DNA of 27,866 bases from Macrostomum lignano (taxonomy: Eukaryota), in the NCBI GenBank assembly GCA_002269645.1, contig NIVC01001423.1, forward strand, positions 1-27,866, given 5' to 3'. Each line of letters starts with the position of its first letter. Position 1 is the first letter of the stretch. The position numbers and the translations under genes are program-made. Below are positions 1 to 11,034 of the stretch, in pieces. Under the pieces are notes generated by a model. It worked only from the letters and a program-made list of their open reading frames with translations, did no database searches and had not been told where the DNA came from.

Positions 1-113
1 TCACTTCTGTTAAATAAACTGTTTTGTCTATGGTTGAAATGCGCGTTGGAAGCCTGGAATAATGACGTTCCTTGGACAATCATTAAAGCTCGGGTAGGCC
101 ATAGAATAATGAA

Positions 114-383
114 GCAGACGTAAACAACTCGCTAATTGGCTCAGCCTTAATTTACATTAGCCACTGAAATGTACATGGCAGATTAGGCTGGATTGCTGGA
201 ACAACCGGGGAAGGTAATAAAAATTGGGTGGCGGGGCAGGGGTAGAGGTTCTGTTAGAGGGTTTAAGCTTGGGGTAAGAGTGAATAAATTAACCTTGGCT
301 TTAAAAATACATTAAAATGCTTCATTTTAACTTACTACTGAACTGAAAGTAGCTTGCACGCAAATGTGCTGAGTGGCCCATCT
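114..383 (+). mobile_element. MITE-like dispersed repeat, copy 1 (left end lost or outside the window)
   Basis: 114-278 matches the reverse complement of 1727-1868 (with an extra ~25 nt in this copy). 329-383 matches the reverse complement of 1631-1685 with 3 mismatches in 55 nt. Confidence 0.75.
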
Positions 384-1321
384 TGCTATTCTTGTATGTA
401 TGGGTTTTCGGGACCTCGGAGACGGTCGCTAAATGCATTAGTGAATACTGGAGTGACCCATCTAGGTAATATAGAATCTATGGTTTCAAGTATCTTAAAC
501 CGACTACTTTAAATCCCTGTTTAACAATTGTAATGAGCTAGTGGGAAAATATTCATAGGAGATATATAGACAAATATTCTATCGACTTTTAGTAGTAATT
601 TAGTAGCCTATAGTATGTAGCTTTATATTACATTACATACCTGCATATTAAATTATTTAACGCTAATTTCGAAAATCGTACTTTTAAAACCATAAAAGTA
701 CATTATGTGCACAGAGCTTGCTTTGTAGTCAGCTAACCAATGGCTGCTTTTGTAAAATTTATTCTCCTTATATAGAGATTTACTGTGGTAAATAACCCGC
801 GTTTAATTCGCCTCAAATCTGCACAATTTTTGTTGGAATATAAAAATTACAGGACGCGTTGGAGGTAAGATTACCATAGTTTCGAGTGCATAAGCTGCAC
901 CGAAGGTTTTATGCTGATAATTCTATTTTCCTAACTGTTTGTTGTTACTTCATTAGTCTTTCCTTTTGTTGCGTGTGAGACTGAGACTATTATATATTAT
1001 AAGCGACAAGTTATCAATAACAACTCAAAGAGAACAGCTGAACAGCGTCTTTGATGCATCTGAGACGCTGGCTGAACCATAGGGCGCTGGCTGTCCTGGT
1101 TTGAGATCCGTTCTTTCGTTTTTAATTTATCAGTTTTTCTCTAATTTTAATTTTGGTCTGTTGTCCACAATACATATTACTAATAGTAAGACAAGCAAGG
1201 TATTAGGCGTATATCGATTTTTATAAAATTAGATAGCCCAGCGGTTAATGTTTTATTTCAACAGTGCAGTCAAGAATTGCTTGTTGTTGTGAATTTAACT
1301 CGCTTTGTGACTTTCTGTCTA

Positions 1322-1338
1322 TACTACTACTACTACTA
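1322..1338 (+). repeat. (TAC)5 microsatellite
   Basis: tactactactactacta read directly. Confidence 0.8.
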
Positions 1339-1410
1339 TCAGTAGCAGAAATGTTCGCGCAACAAAAAAGGTCTACAGATTAGTCAATAAAGTCCGCAAA
1401 AACTTTGTAG

Positions 1411-4400
1411 GAAGCCAACGAGAGGCTGCACCAGATCTCCAGCGACATCAAAGCCTACGAGGAGGCCTACGAAGGCACCAGACAGTGGATCGATCAGGCC
1501 ACGCAGCGGCTGCTCAACTCCAGCGGTTGCCACGGAGACGCTAGCAAACTGGCTGAGAAGAGGCGCACCGTCAGGGTAAGCCATAAACCAATCGACACGT
1601 TTAGTTCTTAGCACAGATATTAGAATTACTAGATGGGCCACACAGCACATTTGCGTGTAAGCTACTTTTAGTTCAGTAGTAAGTTCAACTTATCCTATAT
1701 ATTGAGCCTCAGCCTATATATTGGCCCTTACCCCTCAAGCTTAAACCCTCCACACAGAACCTCTACCCCTGCCCCGCCACCAAATTTTTATTACCTAAAG
1801 CTGCCTTGTACATTTCAGTGGCTAATGTACATTATGGCTGAACCAATTAGCAAGCTGTTTACGTCTGCAAGCTTGGCTTCTAAACTTATCAAAGTCATCT
1901 CAGCTGCCTTTATTCTTATAAAATAGCTTATATATTCTTCGTTGCTACTGAGCTGAAAATAGAAAGCTGTTTTGCTAAGTATATATGCCTGAGTGGCCAA
2001 TCTGACCTGAAACATCAGGTTCTCAGTAGCAACTCTGCTTGATTACTAAAGCCAAATGTGCACAAATCGAACATTTCAAGCACTACTGCATCGCCTACTG
2101 AAAAGTAGCAAGTAAAGATTGTGAAACGAATTTCTCTATAATAGTGCGTGTCCTAAAACGTTGCCCACCGATACTTGAATAGAACTCCGAACGCGTGTGT
2201 GCAAACATGTGGACTCTTGTTGAGCGGTTCAGACCAGTTGACAATGAGTGTGAACTCTGAATTTTGTCACCTCTGGACTGCAAAGAAGACTTCAACTTGA
2301 TTGACGTCTTGCCCCCAGAAGGACTGCTCAGGAAGAAGGACGCCGCACCCGCTGCGGGTGTAAATTTGCTTCCAGCCATGTTCCAACGGTTGCATGCAGA
2401 AGGCTGGTTTTAGACTATTGTGTCCGACTTTATTCCTCATCAAAATGAAACAAAATTTATTACCAAATCTACATTGTATTTCCGGTAAAATTTACACTTA
2501 CTTAAATCTTCCTTGCGCCTCGCATTCCCCTATAGGAAATTTCGGACAGCATGTACGAAGGCGAGAACCGTCTGGCCAGCGTGATGGAGGCCGGGGATCG
2601 AGTGCTGCGCACCTGCGACAATCCCGACTCCGTCAGACGCCAGATGGATGAGATGCGGGCCGACTGGTCCCAGCTGAGCAAACAGGTGCAGCAGGCGCTC
2701 ACGGGACTAGACAAGGCCGCTACTAAGCTGGCCGAGTTCGGCGACCTGTCCGGCCGGCTGTCCGGTTGGCTTGACGACAGCGAGAGGACGCTGGGACAGC
2801 TGACGGGGTCCGGGCAGCGGTTCGGAGAGCCCACACCGGAGAAGCGGGAGCAGTACGACCGGTTCAAGGTGAGCTATTTTACTGTTGCTTAGCACTAATT
2901 TCACAGTACCTCACCTTCTGAACTTCTGAATTTCAAATGAAGTAATTATGTGTGGCTTTTTACTTGACAGAATAAAAAACCCAACCAAAAGTACACTGGA
3001 GTGCTGGTTCTTTTTCTCGACAAAATTGTGAGTCAACATTCCGGAAAACGCTCACACAAACACAGAGGCAATTCGGAAGTCCAAAAAATTGGAATAATGA
3101 TTTTGATATGTGATGTGAGACTGCTACAAAATGCTCGTACCTTGTATCCTCGGTTTGCACATCCACGGTTTCCCCGGGTTCGAATTTCTTTCTAAAACGG
3201 CACATTTAGAAGAATTTCTACGGTACTGCACAAAGGGCTCGTACGACAATAACTTACTACAAGATTTATAATAATCAGATATCGATTTCAATGGAGGAAT
3301 TATAGGTTGTAGGGGACCACTGAGGCATTTTCTATATTAGTAGTTTTAACAGCAATAGCGTAGCCCTAACATTTAGCAGACCAATACGAACCGGATAAGT
3401 TGGCGTCAATCTTTTGCTCAATTAACCAAACTTAACAGCTCCCATGCGTCAAAATCTTAACAATGTCTTTGCTTCCAGCTTCCAGCCAGTGTTCGCATGT
3501 TCTCTAACAAGTTCAGACTGAAGGTGTGTACTCTGCCTATACAGTTAGCACCACTGATTCCGTTGTTATTTATTTTCGTAGAATAATGATATTCCTTTTA
3601 CTAATTAGATAATCAGTTCATTTCTGCCTTTGCATCTGTAGAAACTGCGTAGTTCAATAAATTTAATTTTCGAAAGCTGACCTGATCTCATTTAAATGCT
3701 CCTTCACTTATAAGTATCCTTATTTATCCTTTCCTTGCAAAAAATTTTTGCTAATCACTTTTTACTGCAATAGATTCAATGCAGCAAAGCGAATTCTACT
3801 TTATTATTCGAGTTTCCTTTTGTTTCGAATTAACCAAACGTTCGCGTCTTTTCTTGCGCAGTCGCTCAAGAACGAAGTCGACCGGACCGAGGGCGACTTT
3901 GACGAGTTGCAGCAGCTGTCAGACGACCTGCAGGCCATCGGCAAGCAGCCGGACTTGGACAGGCAGTGCAAGGACCTGCGGTACCGCTACAACCAGCTCA
4001 AGCGATCTGTCGGAGTAAGTGTCGAACTGCCGGTGCTAAAAAATCTGGTTATTAAGCACTGATGAATGCAAGAGAATAGAAACATTTCTCTGACTTTATT
4101 TTGATTGGGGGGGGGTTGCTAGCTCGAATGAGAATTGTCTCAGGAAGACAAAGGAACTATGTATCAACAAACTTATATCATAATTACAGCTCAAGGTGGA
4201 GGAGCTCGGTCGAGCTCAGCAGGAGCAGCAGGCCTATCAGGACGGACTGCAGGACTGCGAAAAGTGGATCCTTCAGGCCAGCTTCCGCCTGATGGAGCAG
4301 TCCTGCGGCCAGGTGCCAAGTTTAGATGAGGCTCAGCGGGCCGCAGACGCGCACGCCGCCGCCTGCCGCGAGATCGAGGAGCAGCGCAAGGTGCTGGACT

Positions 4401-5797
4401 CGGTGGTCCGGATGGGCCGCAAGCTCGCCGAGGACAACAACGGCAACGCCGAGCTGCGACAGGAGATTGACGGGCAGCTGAAAACGCTGGAGGAGAATTA
4501 CGCCAACCTGAAGGAGACGGCCGAAAATATCAAGGTTGGTTTTGCGACACAAGTTTCATGCGTTTGATGCAAATCACCGATGCGGCACTCTATCCGTTGA
4601 TCCGTCAGCAACTCCAGACCAGGGAGCACTAGAAGATTACTTTAGTAGTCCTTGCTCCAGACTCGACCCCCACAGTCCAGAACTGAGATATTGCAGCTTA
4701 CACCAGTTGGTGGCGCAGTCTATAATCCTGCAATATTGTTCTTAATAACTTGGCTTAATACAGTGTATTTTATTGTTACTATCGCTGTTATATCCTAAAA
4801 TAGCCAGCAAGCACTTAAAAATGGTCGTTTCATTGGCTGTGTCCTATACAGTAAAATATGATATGCTTAAAACATGTCGCATTTTATGAACTTCTCTCGC
4901 ATTGGTGATCACTAAGCTGGCCGCTTCAGGTGCACTGTGTCTCATCCAAACTCAATTCATTCTAACACCTCGGTCAACCCGCAGAACAATCTGAAAGACA
5001 ACCTCCAGAAGTGGAAGTCCTACCGCGACCTGCTGCAGTCCACGGATCGGTGGCTGCACTCCGACCTCGCAGCCTGGTGGGCCGGCCGCGATCCGGCCGT
5101 GACAAAAAGCGCGGAAGACGCCGAGCGCCAGACACAGGAGACTCGGGCGATGCAGACCCGGCTGAGCCAGGCTCGGACTGAAGTGACCGCCGCCGGGTTC
5201 AAGTGCGAACCGCGCGGCGGAGTCGGCGCCCCAGTCGGAGCGGGTGCCGGCGACGCCAGCGGCGATCCGCTCTCGCCCCATTTTTCGGCTACCTCTTCCG
5301 CGGCGCCAACTGCTGCAGGTACCACAGCCGCCGCTCTGTCGATGTCCCGCTTAGCTGAAAAAGTGTCGCGAGACCTCGACGCAAACATGGAGAGAGTCGA
5401 ACGCCGCTTGTCCCAGCTTGAGACGCAGCGCGACGCCTGGGAGCGGGTCTCGGCCGAAGCCGACGATCTGGCCGACTGGCTGCGCGATCGCGAAGCCGAA
5501 GCCGGCGCCCTAACTGACATCTTCGCCATCGAGCGGCTTCGTGACGAGGTGGCCGCAAAGTCCGTCTCGCACGAGCTGGCGGAGGCGAAGCCGCAGCTCA
5601 AATCCGCCAGAGACGCTCTGCTGCGCCGGCTGGATGGCATGGCGGCGCAGAAACGCCAGGCGGAGGCGCTGGAGGAGGAGCGGCGGCAACGCCAGATGGC
5701 CAAAGAGCTGGAAATGGAGGAGCTTCGACTGCGCGTCAGTAAGGCTCGGATGACCTCCGCTGCACCCTCAGGAGACGGCGCTGGTGACGGCTCACCG
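1411..5797 (+). CDS. Nesprin-1/Msp-300-like spectrin-repeat protein, internal exons (gene starts upstream of the window)
   Basis: Five phase-0 GT-AG exons join in one frame: 1411-1575 (EANERLHQ..QWIDQATQRL..RTVR), 2536-2868 (EISDSMY..GWLDDSERTL..DRFK), 3862-4014 (SLKNEV..KRSVG), 4190-4534 (LKVEEL..YQDGLQDCEKWILQASFRL..ENIK), 4985-5797 (NNLKDNLQKW..ADWLRDRE..GDGSP). Helical repeats have the Trp typical of spectrin repeats. Nesprin rather than dystonin/MACF is inferred from remembered motifs. Confidence 0.85.
1631..2003 (-). mobile_element. MITE-like element, copy 2, about 370 bp with imperfect terminal inverted repeats
   Basis: The left end AGATGGGCCACACAG..CTACTTTTAGTTCAGTAG is mirrored by 1945-2003 (CTACTGAGCTGAAAATAG..CTGAGTGGCCAATCT). 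The interior is homologous to 114-383. No clear target-site duplication. Confidence 0.65.
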
Positions 5798-6138
5798 GTG
5801 AGTTGGAGCGAGCACAGCGATGCAATTTCTACTCAATTTTTCATTTTACTTCATTTTGTAAACTTTGGTAGTGCGTGTCTGATTCAGTTATTAATGTAGT
5901 GATAACATCGAGTGAGACTTCGTTATTTTGTAGTAGCAATTAAAAATGTTTTTCCAGTGAGTTCTGTGAGTTCATGTAAAGGATACGCTTCTGCATTTTA
6001 TGCGGATTGAAGCTACGGAAACTAGCTGGATATTTTCGTTGTGCTTTCCTACGTTTAATAGCTTCATTGAGGGTACTCCTCACAAAAACATGCTCAGTTC
6101 ACTAAATCAAGTCTCGAAATTCTAACCCTCGTCAATAG

Positions 6139-6252
6139 CAACGACGTCAGCGAATCAGCTGTCACTGCCACTACAGCAGCAGCTCGTTTGTGGCGTTTTA
6201 CTCTCCAGTGCTCTCAGTGCGCGCGCACTGGCGCGGCCGATGCAGCCGACGT
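6139..6252 (+). CDS. Possible 114-nt symmetric cassette exon of the spectrin-repeat gene (QRRQRISC..RGRCSRR)
   Basis: Branch-like CTAAC followed by a TAG acceptor ending at 6138, GTGAGC donor at 6253, phase 0-0 with no stop. Read-through past the donor reaches a stop at 6382-6384. Confidence 0.4.
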
Positions 6253-7222
6253 GTGAGCTTCTCCTCCCCGACTGATTTACTTGCGCGACCGCACTCTGGC
6301 AGCGAATCGCGAGCCGGGTGGGGGCTGCTCCCGATTTTGCAGCTGCTGCTGGCCCAGTTGCTTGCCCCGATCATTGATTGCTAAATGAGACGATACTTGA
6401 ATGAGCATCGATCTCTGTCCCTCCTGTTCGAGCTGTATTCTGTGGCATGTAGAAAAGAGCTAATCAGCATGCAACTTGCAACTGCAACTTTGATTAATCG
6501 GGTGTAGAAGATTTATTGATTTACTATTGATCTTGATTGAGCTCAAGGCTTAGGAGTCCAAGCATTGTAGGGGGGGGCAAGATAGGATCGTACTCAAGCT
6601 TTAGTGCAGCCGTATAACAAAATAATAGCACGTTTTGCTCATTTTTATTTGATTCTTATTCTGTGCAATCTTAACTACGAGTAATCTGGAAAATTCAAGT
6701 AAATCTGAAAGCTCCTCAGAATTCTCACACTTTCACGGTGTTCCGCTGGGAAGAAATGCATACATTCGACGGCACTTGGAATTTGCGTGACGCAACGACT
6801 TTTGTGAATGGCTTCCATACGAGCCAGGTGTCAATCGCACAGGCAGGAGAGCACGGCACGTACTTGTTAGCTACCATGTCTAGAAATTGTTAGACTGATA
6901 ATTATCAACAGTCGTATTTATGGAGATTACTATTATATTTCAAATATGAGAATCGATGCATGCCATATGATTTTGTACTCGTAGTGATTTTTATGCGCTG
7001 CCTGACAAAGCTGAGCTCATTTACTCCAAGATTAAAGTTTTATAGCATTCAAGACCGTTGAGGTACTCAAAAACTTTTCCTGAGAAATTACTCAAGTTTT
7101 ACAACATTAATTGTAGCTCCAAAGCCAGCCTTATGTTGAGCCCTACGAGTACGAGCGTATGTCGAGTCTTTCTCTAGCCATGGATTTACCTCACCACATC
7201 GCTTGCTCTTGCCAACCCGCAG

Positions 7223-7994
7223 CACTGGGACCAGCAGACCCAGACGCCCTGCCACCAGGGCACGCAGACCGCAAAGAAGCAGCAGGCTGCCAGCGCCATG
7301 GACCTGACGGACTCGGCGCTGTTCGACCGGCCAGTCCGCGACATCGAGCTGCGCAACTCCGGCGGTGGCAGCGGCATCTCGCGCCGGCTGTGGCCCTACC
7401 ACTCCACCTGGGATACCAGCTACAAGGAGGACCCTATCGAGAGCCTTCGCCGCACCCTAGCGGACATGGAGGCCCGCGGCATCAGCTCTGCGCAGCAGCT
7501 GCGCCAGCCGCTCCGGCCGCAGTCCGCCGTGCCGCCGCCCCGAGCATCCACGCCCAGCCTGACCCGCAGCGACGCCTTCAACGACGTCCTGGCGTCGGCG
7601 CGCGGCGAATCCGTCCGGCGGTCGGCTCCTCGCCGGCTCTGTCAGCCGGAGGCGGCGGCAGGCGAGCAGCCAGCGCCACACGACGGCCGCCAAGCCGTCA
7701 TCGCGACCGATCCGTCAGTCCCGCCGTGGTAGCCGGCAGCGGCGGCAGCGGCTACGTCATCAACGGAGACGGCGGCGGCAGCGAGAAGGACTTGGACGAA
7801 TCGGGCGCCGGGACCAACCGCCGGCTGGCCAAGCCGTCGACCAAGCAGCTGACCAAGCAGTTCATCCGCGACTACGAGCAGATGCTGGGCGAGCCGGCAA
7901 CCAGAAGCAGCCGTCGCCCAGAGCCAGCCTGGACAGGGCGGACCGGGCTTCCCACAGCATGAGAGACGTCGCCTCCAGACTGAGGAACTCCTGA
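7223..7994 (+). CDS. Probable terminal exon of the spectrin-repeat gene, interrupted by two -1 frame discontinuities
   Basis: Acceptor CAACCCGCAG ends at 7222 (same as the acceptor at 4984) and is phase 0, in frame with ORF 7298-7732. GC3-rich coding moves -1 near 7605-7630 (into ORF 7159-7962: GYVINGDGGGSEKDLDE..KQFIRDYEQMLGE) and -1 again near 7891-7898 (NQKQPSPRASLDRADRASHSMRDVASRLRNS*), with TGA at 7992-7994. Confidence 0.6.
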
Positions 7995-8247
7995 CCTTCA
8001 AATGATCCCTTCCCCCGCCTGACTGAACTGACAACTTGCCTGTGCCACCTTCACGGCCTACCTGAATCCGGTCTCCAAACTGAGACTGTGCTTTAATTCC
8101 TATTCCAGCTTCCTTTGCTATTGTTTGCTATAATTCATCATATTGTGGACTCGACTGCTCACTTGCTCGACATCTCACAGTTGCTAAGCGTCGCAGCATG
8201 CAGTAGTGTTTATACATTTAGGCGTACTCGAATTCATTGATGCTTAG

Positions 8248-8253
8248 AATAAA
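8248..8253 (+). promoter_or_regulatory. Candidate polyadenylation signal of the spectrin-repeat gene
   Basis: AATAAA about 250 nt after the 7994 stop, followed by T-rich sequence. Confidence 0.4.
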
Positions 8254-11034
8254 AAGTACAGCCATGAGTCAGCAGTTGAAAGTAGCAACTGGGTTGCCTT
8301 TTCTGCAGCATAAAACCGCTCGATTCCCTGTTAGTTCCTTCTCCCCTCAGCCCGGATCCCCATTAGCAAAAAAGTACATCCTCGACCTTATAATCCTTGC
8401 AAGTTAATTTGTTTCTCTTTGTGTAGCTCATTTTTCCTCTCATTTACCTTTCATTCCCCAGTCCCACTAGATGCTTAGATCTGCTTTTAGTTTTATTTTT
8501 CTATTTATTAATCATTTTTCGATGCTTTCTCTAAACAGTTTTGTGTAGCCTAGAGATGGTTTTTTGGAACTTTCGTTTCGGATGTTGAGTTTTTTTTTTA
8601 ATTTGCAGTCACTTTCTGCTTCGCTCCGTCCGTTTTTATTATTGTTTCTCAAATGACTGCAAACCTCCTCACCAGATATTTGCCTGGGCTAGAGTCCTAT
8701 ACGTATTAGAGTTGTTTTTACCACATCTCAAGCGCAGAGACATGCTCACTGCTCTCACTCATATAGGCTGCCGGTCACCCTATATGCACCGTCCTTAGAT
8801 TATTGTTAATCCTATCATCTTCCTTGCGAGTGAATAGAGTAATTAGAGCAGTGCGCGAAGCTGGTTAGGTGGAATGCACCTTATCTGAAAGGTGTCATCG
8901 ACCTATTCTGTTCCAAAACGAGATTTTTCAACCGGATTTGGCACTGTTTGTTTATTTTTGTGGATTGTAATTTTCTACTTAATATCATTATTCGTATCTT
9001 TGCTCTAAATCTACTCCGTATACCAAGAGGCTCACTAATAAAATCCGCTGAAAACCTGCTAGGCATGCTGTGCTGTCTGAGACTGGGCATCGCTATTTTT
9101 CGAAGCATTGATTTTAAATTGCTTCGTGTTTGGTTTTTTGAATCCAAGTAATTTTAACTCGCCTACCTAAAAACTTCGGCTCTTTTCTTCCACACTTTAT
9201 CGTAGATTTCTACTCTTCCCTTTTTAGTTTTTTCCCTTCGACTCATAACCTTTCTTGGTCAAATTCTTTGTTTGTTTAACAATGTAGAACCTTGGCTTTA
9301 TGAGCACCCAGCTGCTTGGTGGAGAGAGCTGAGGTTTACCATCTAAGACATTAGGCATTTAGGTTGAGATTGTGCAAAGAATAAACAAGAATTGTGTCCT
9401 TTTTATACGTACTTTAACGGCGAGCAATGATCTTTCAACGAATTTTCCAGATGGGACAAGGAAGTGTTTTGCATTAAAAACTAAAATTCAGCGTTACCTT
9501 TTACGTATACAGCAATGTCATTTAGATTTGGTCTGGAGACATAATTGCAGATAATATTTCAACTACGAGGCTGAAAAATCGAGTTACGAGTTATTTTGCC
9601 TAAGTTTGGTCACTAAAAAAATCACGCATAAATAATGGGACGCTGGATGACTTATTTAGAAGAACAATTATGCAGTAGATCCAAAGTGAATTAATTCTCT
9701 TAATTGAAATTTATGTCCAATTCCCAATGCAAGAGTTTTAAAATCAACTCAAAGAAAACAGCCGTCTCGGTGTATTCCACCCATTCTTTAAAAGGTAGCG
9801 CTGACCCTAAATGATGACCTTCAACGGGAAATCCTTAACGAGGATCTGATTTTGACAGGGAATATTCGCTAAACGAGTGCGACCTTGACACCGGAAAGTC
9901 CTGATGCTCCCTGGACGAGAATTTCAAAACGTGAAAATGATCTGTTTCATACTGCTCAATCAATAGAAGCCTTGGTCGATATTTTGCATAGATCTCTTGT
10001 GGCCTGCGAGTTTCAAAAGTACATATACGTCGATCTTTGAAGATAATCGACAGTCACTGGAATGTTGCACACTCTGCGCCATGAAGCTTGGCCCGTATCG
10101 ACGGCAATCGCACGAAAAAACCTTCGGGTATTTTGATGCGAGAGACACAACTGCCACCACCACTACATTGAGAATTAGACTGCTCCAATAGAGGCAGAGA
10201 TTGAATAAATAAGAGGACAGGCAGAGGCAGATACCAGACTGCAATTAGTGAGCCTATCATTCCAATCAGTGCATTCTTCAGGGCCAAGAGCGGGGCCGCA
10301 AGTGCACAGAGCTCGCAGATTGAGTCCGCACAAGTTCTTCTGCTGCTGCGCACGTGAATCGCGTCGCCCCTTAATATGAACTCTGAAATGCACACTGCCA
10401 AGGAGTTCTGTGGGAGCAAAGCGAGACGGCCAGAAGTCTCACGAAGGGATATCGCAGCTGTTGTGCGCTTGAGTACAGAAACACTTCTGTGCGCTACTCC
10501 CTAAATTCTCTCTCCTCAACTCTGCCAGCCGTTAGAATAAAATTCCTTCCCTATACGCGCCACTAACGCGACTCAACTTTCTGACCCGCCTCATTATGTG
10601 TTAGACGAACGTTCGTAAGCTACTTTTGATAGCAGCATCTTGGCCAGGACTTTCAGGACCATCTCAACTACTTGCCTGCTTGCTGCTGAGGCGCAACACC
10701 GGTTGGGAGTCTTGGGACATTTAGGGGGAGATAAGCCAGTAATTTGAGTCTGATCGGGAGAAATGTGCCGACAGCTAGAGCGCATTGTACGCAGCGGGGC
10801 CAGAAAGAGAGAGAGAGAGGGGGAGGAGGCGTCCAATTCGAGACCTAATTGGTCCGCGACAGCTCCTCAGGAGTGGGCAGACCTTGGGAGCTCGGTAGCT
10901 CAGTGGGACTGCTTTTTAAAAGCGACAGTCAACAGCGCAGCAGGAAAGAGCTAGGGAGTGTATTCTCCTGCCGAACAGACATATTTGATTGAGCATAGCA
11001 GAGCGCCCAGCAAGAGCAATACCGTCGCTGCGTA

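Noticed and set aside
5020-5703. Long minus-strand ORFs over exons (also 2502-2867, 4322-4552, 7642-8034, 26277-26552, 27191-27424)
   Set aside because: These are antisense shadows of GC3-rich + strand exons, with no recognisable motifs or splice support.
7605-7898. Programmed -1 ribosomal frameshifting
   Set aside because: There is no XXXYYYZ slippery site at either shift, so sequence error is more parsimonious.
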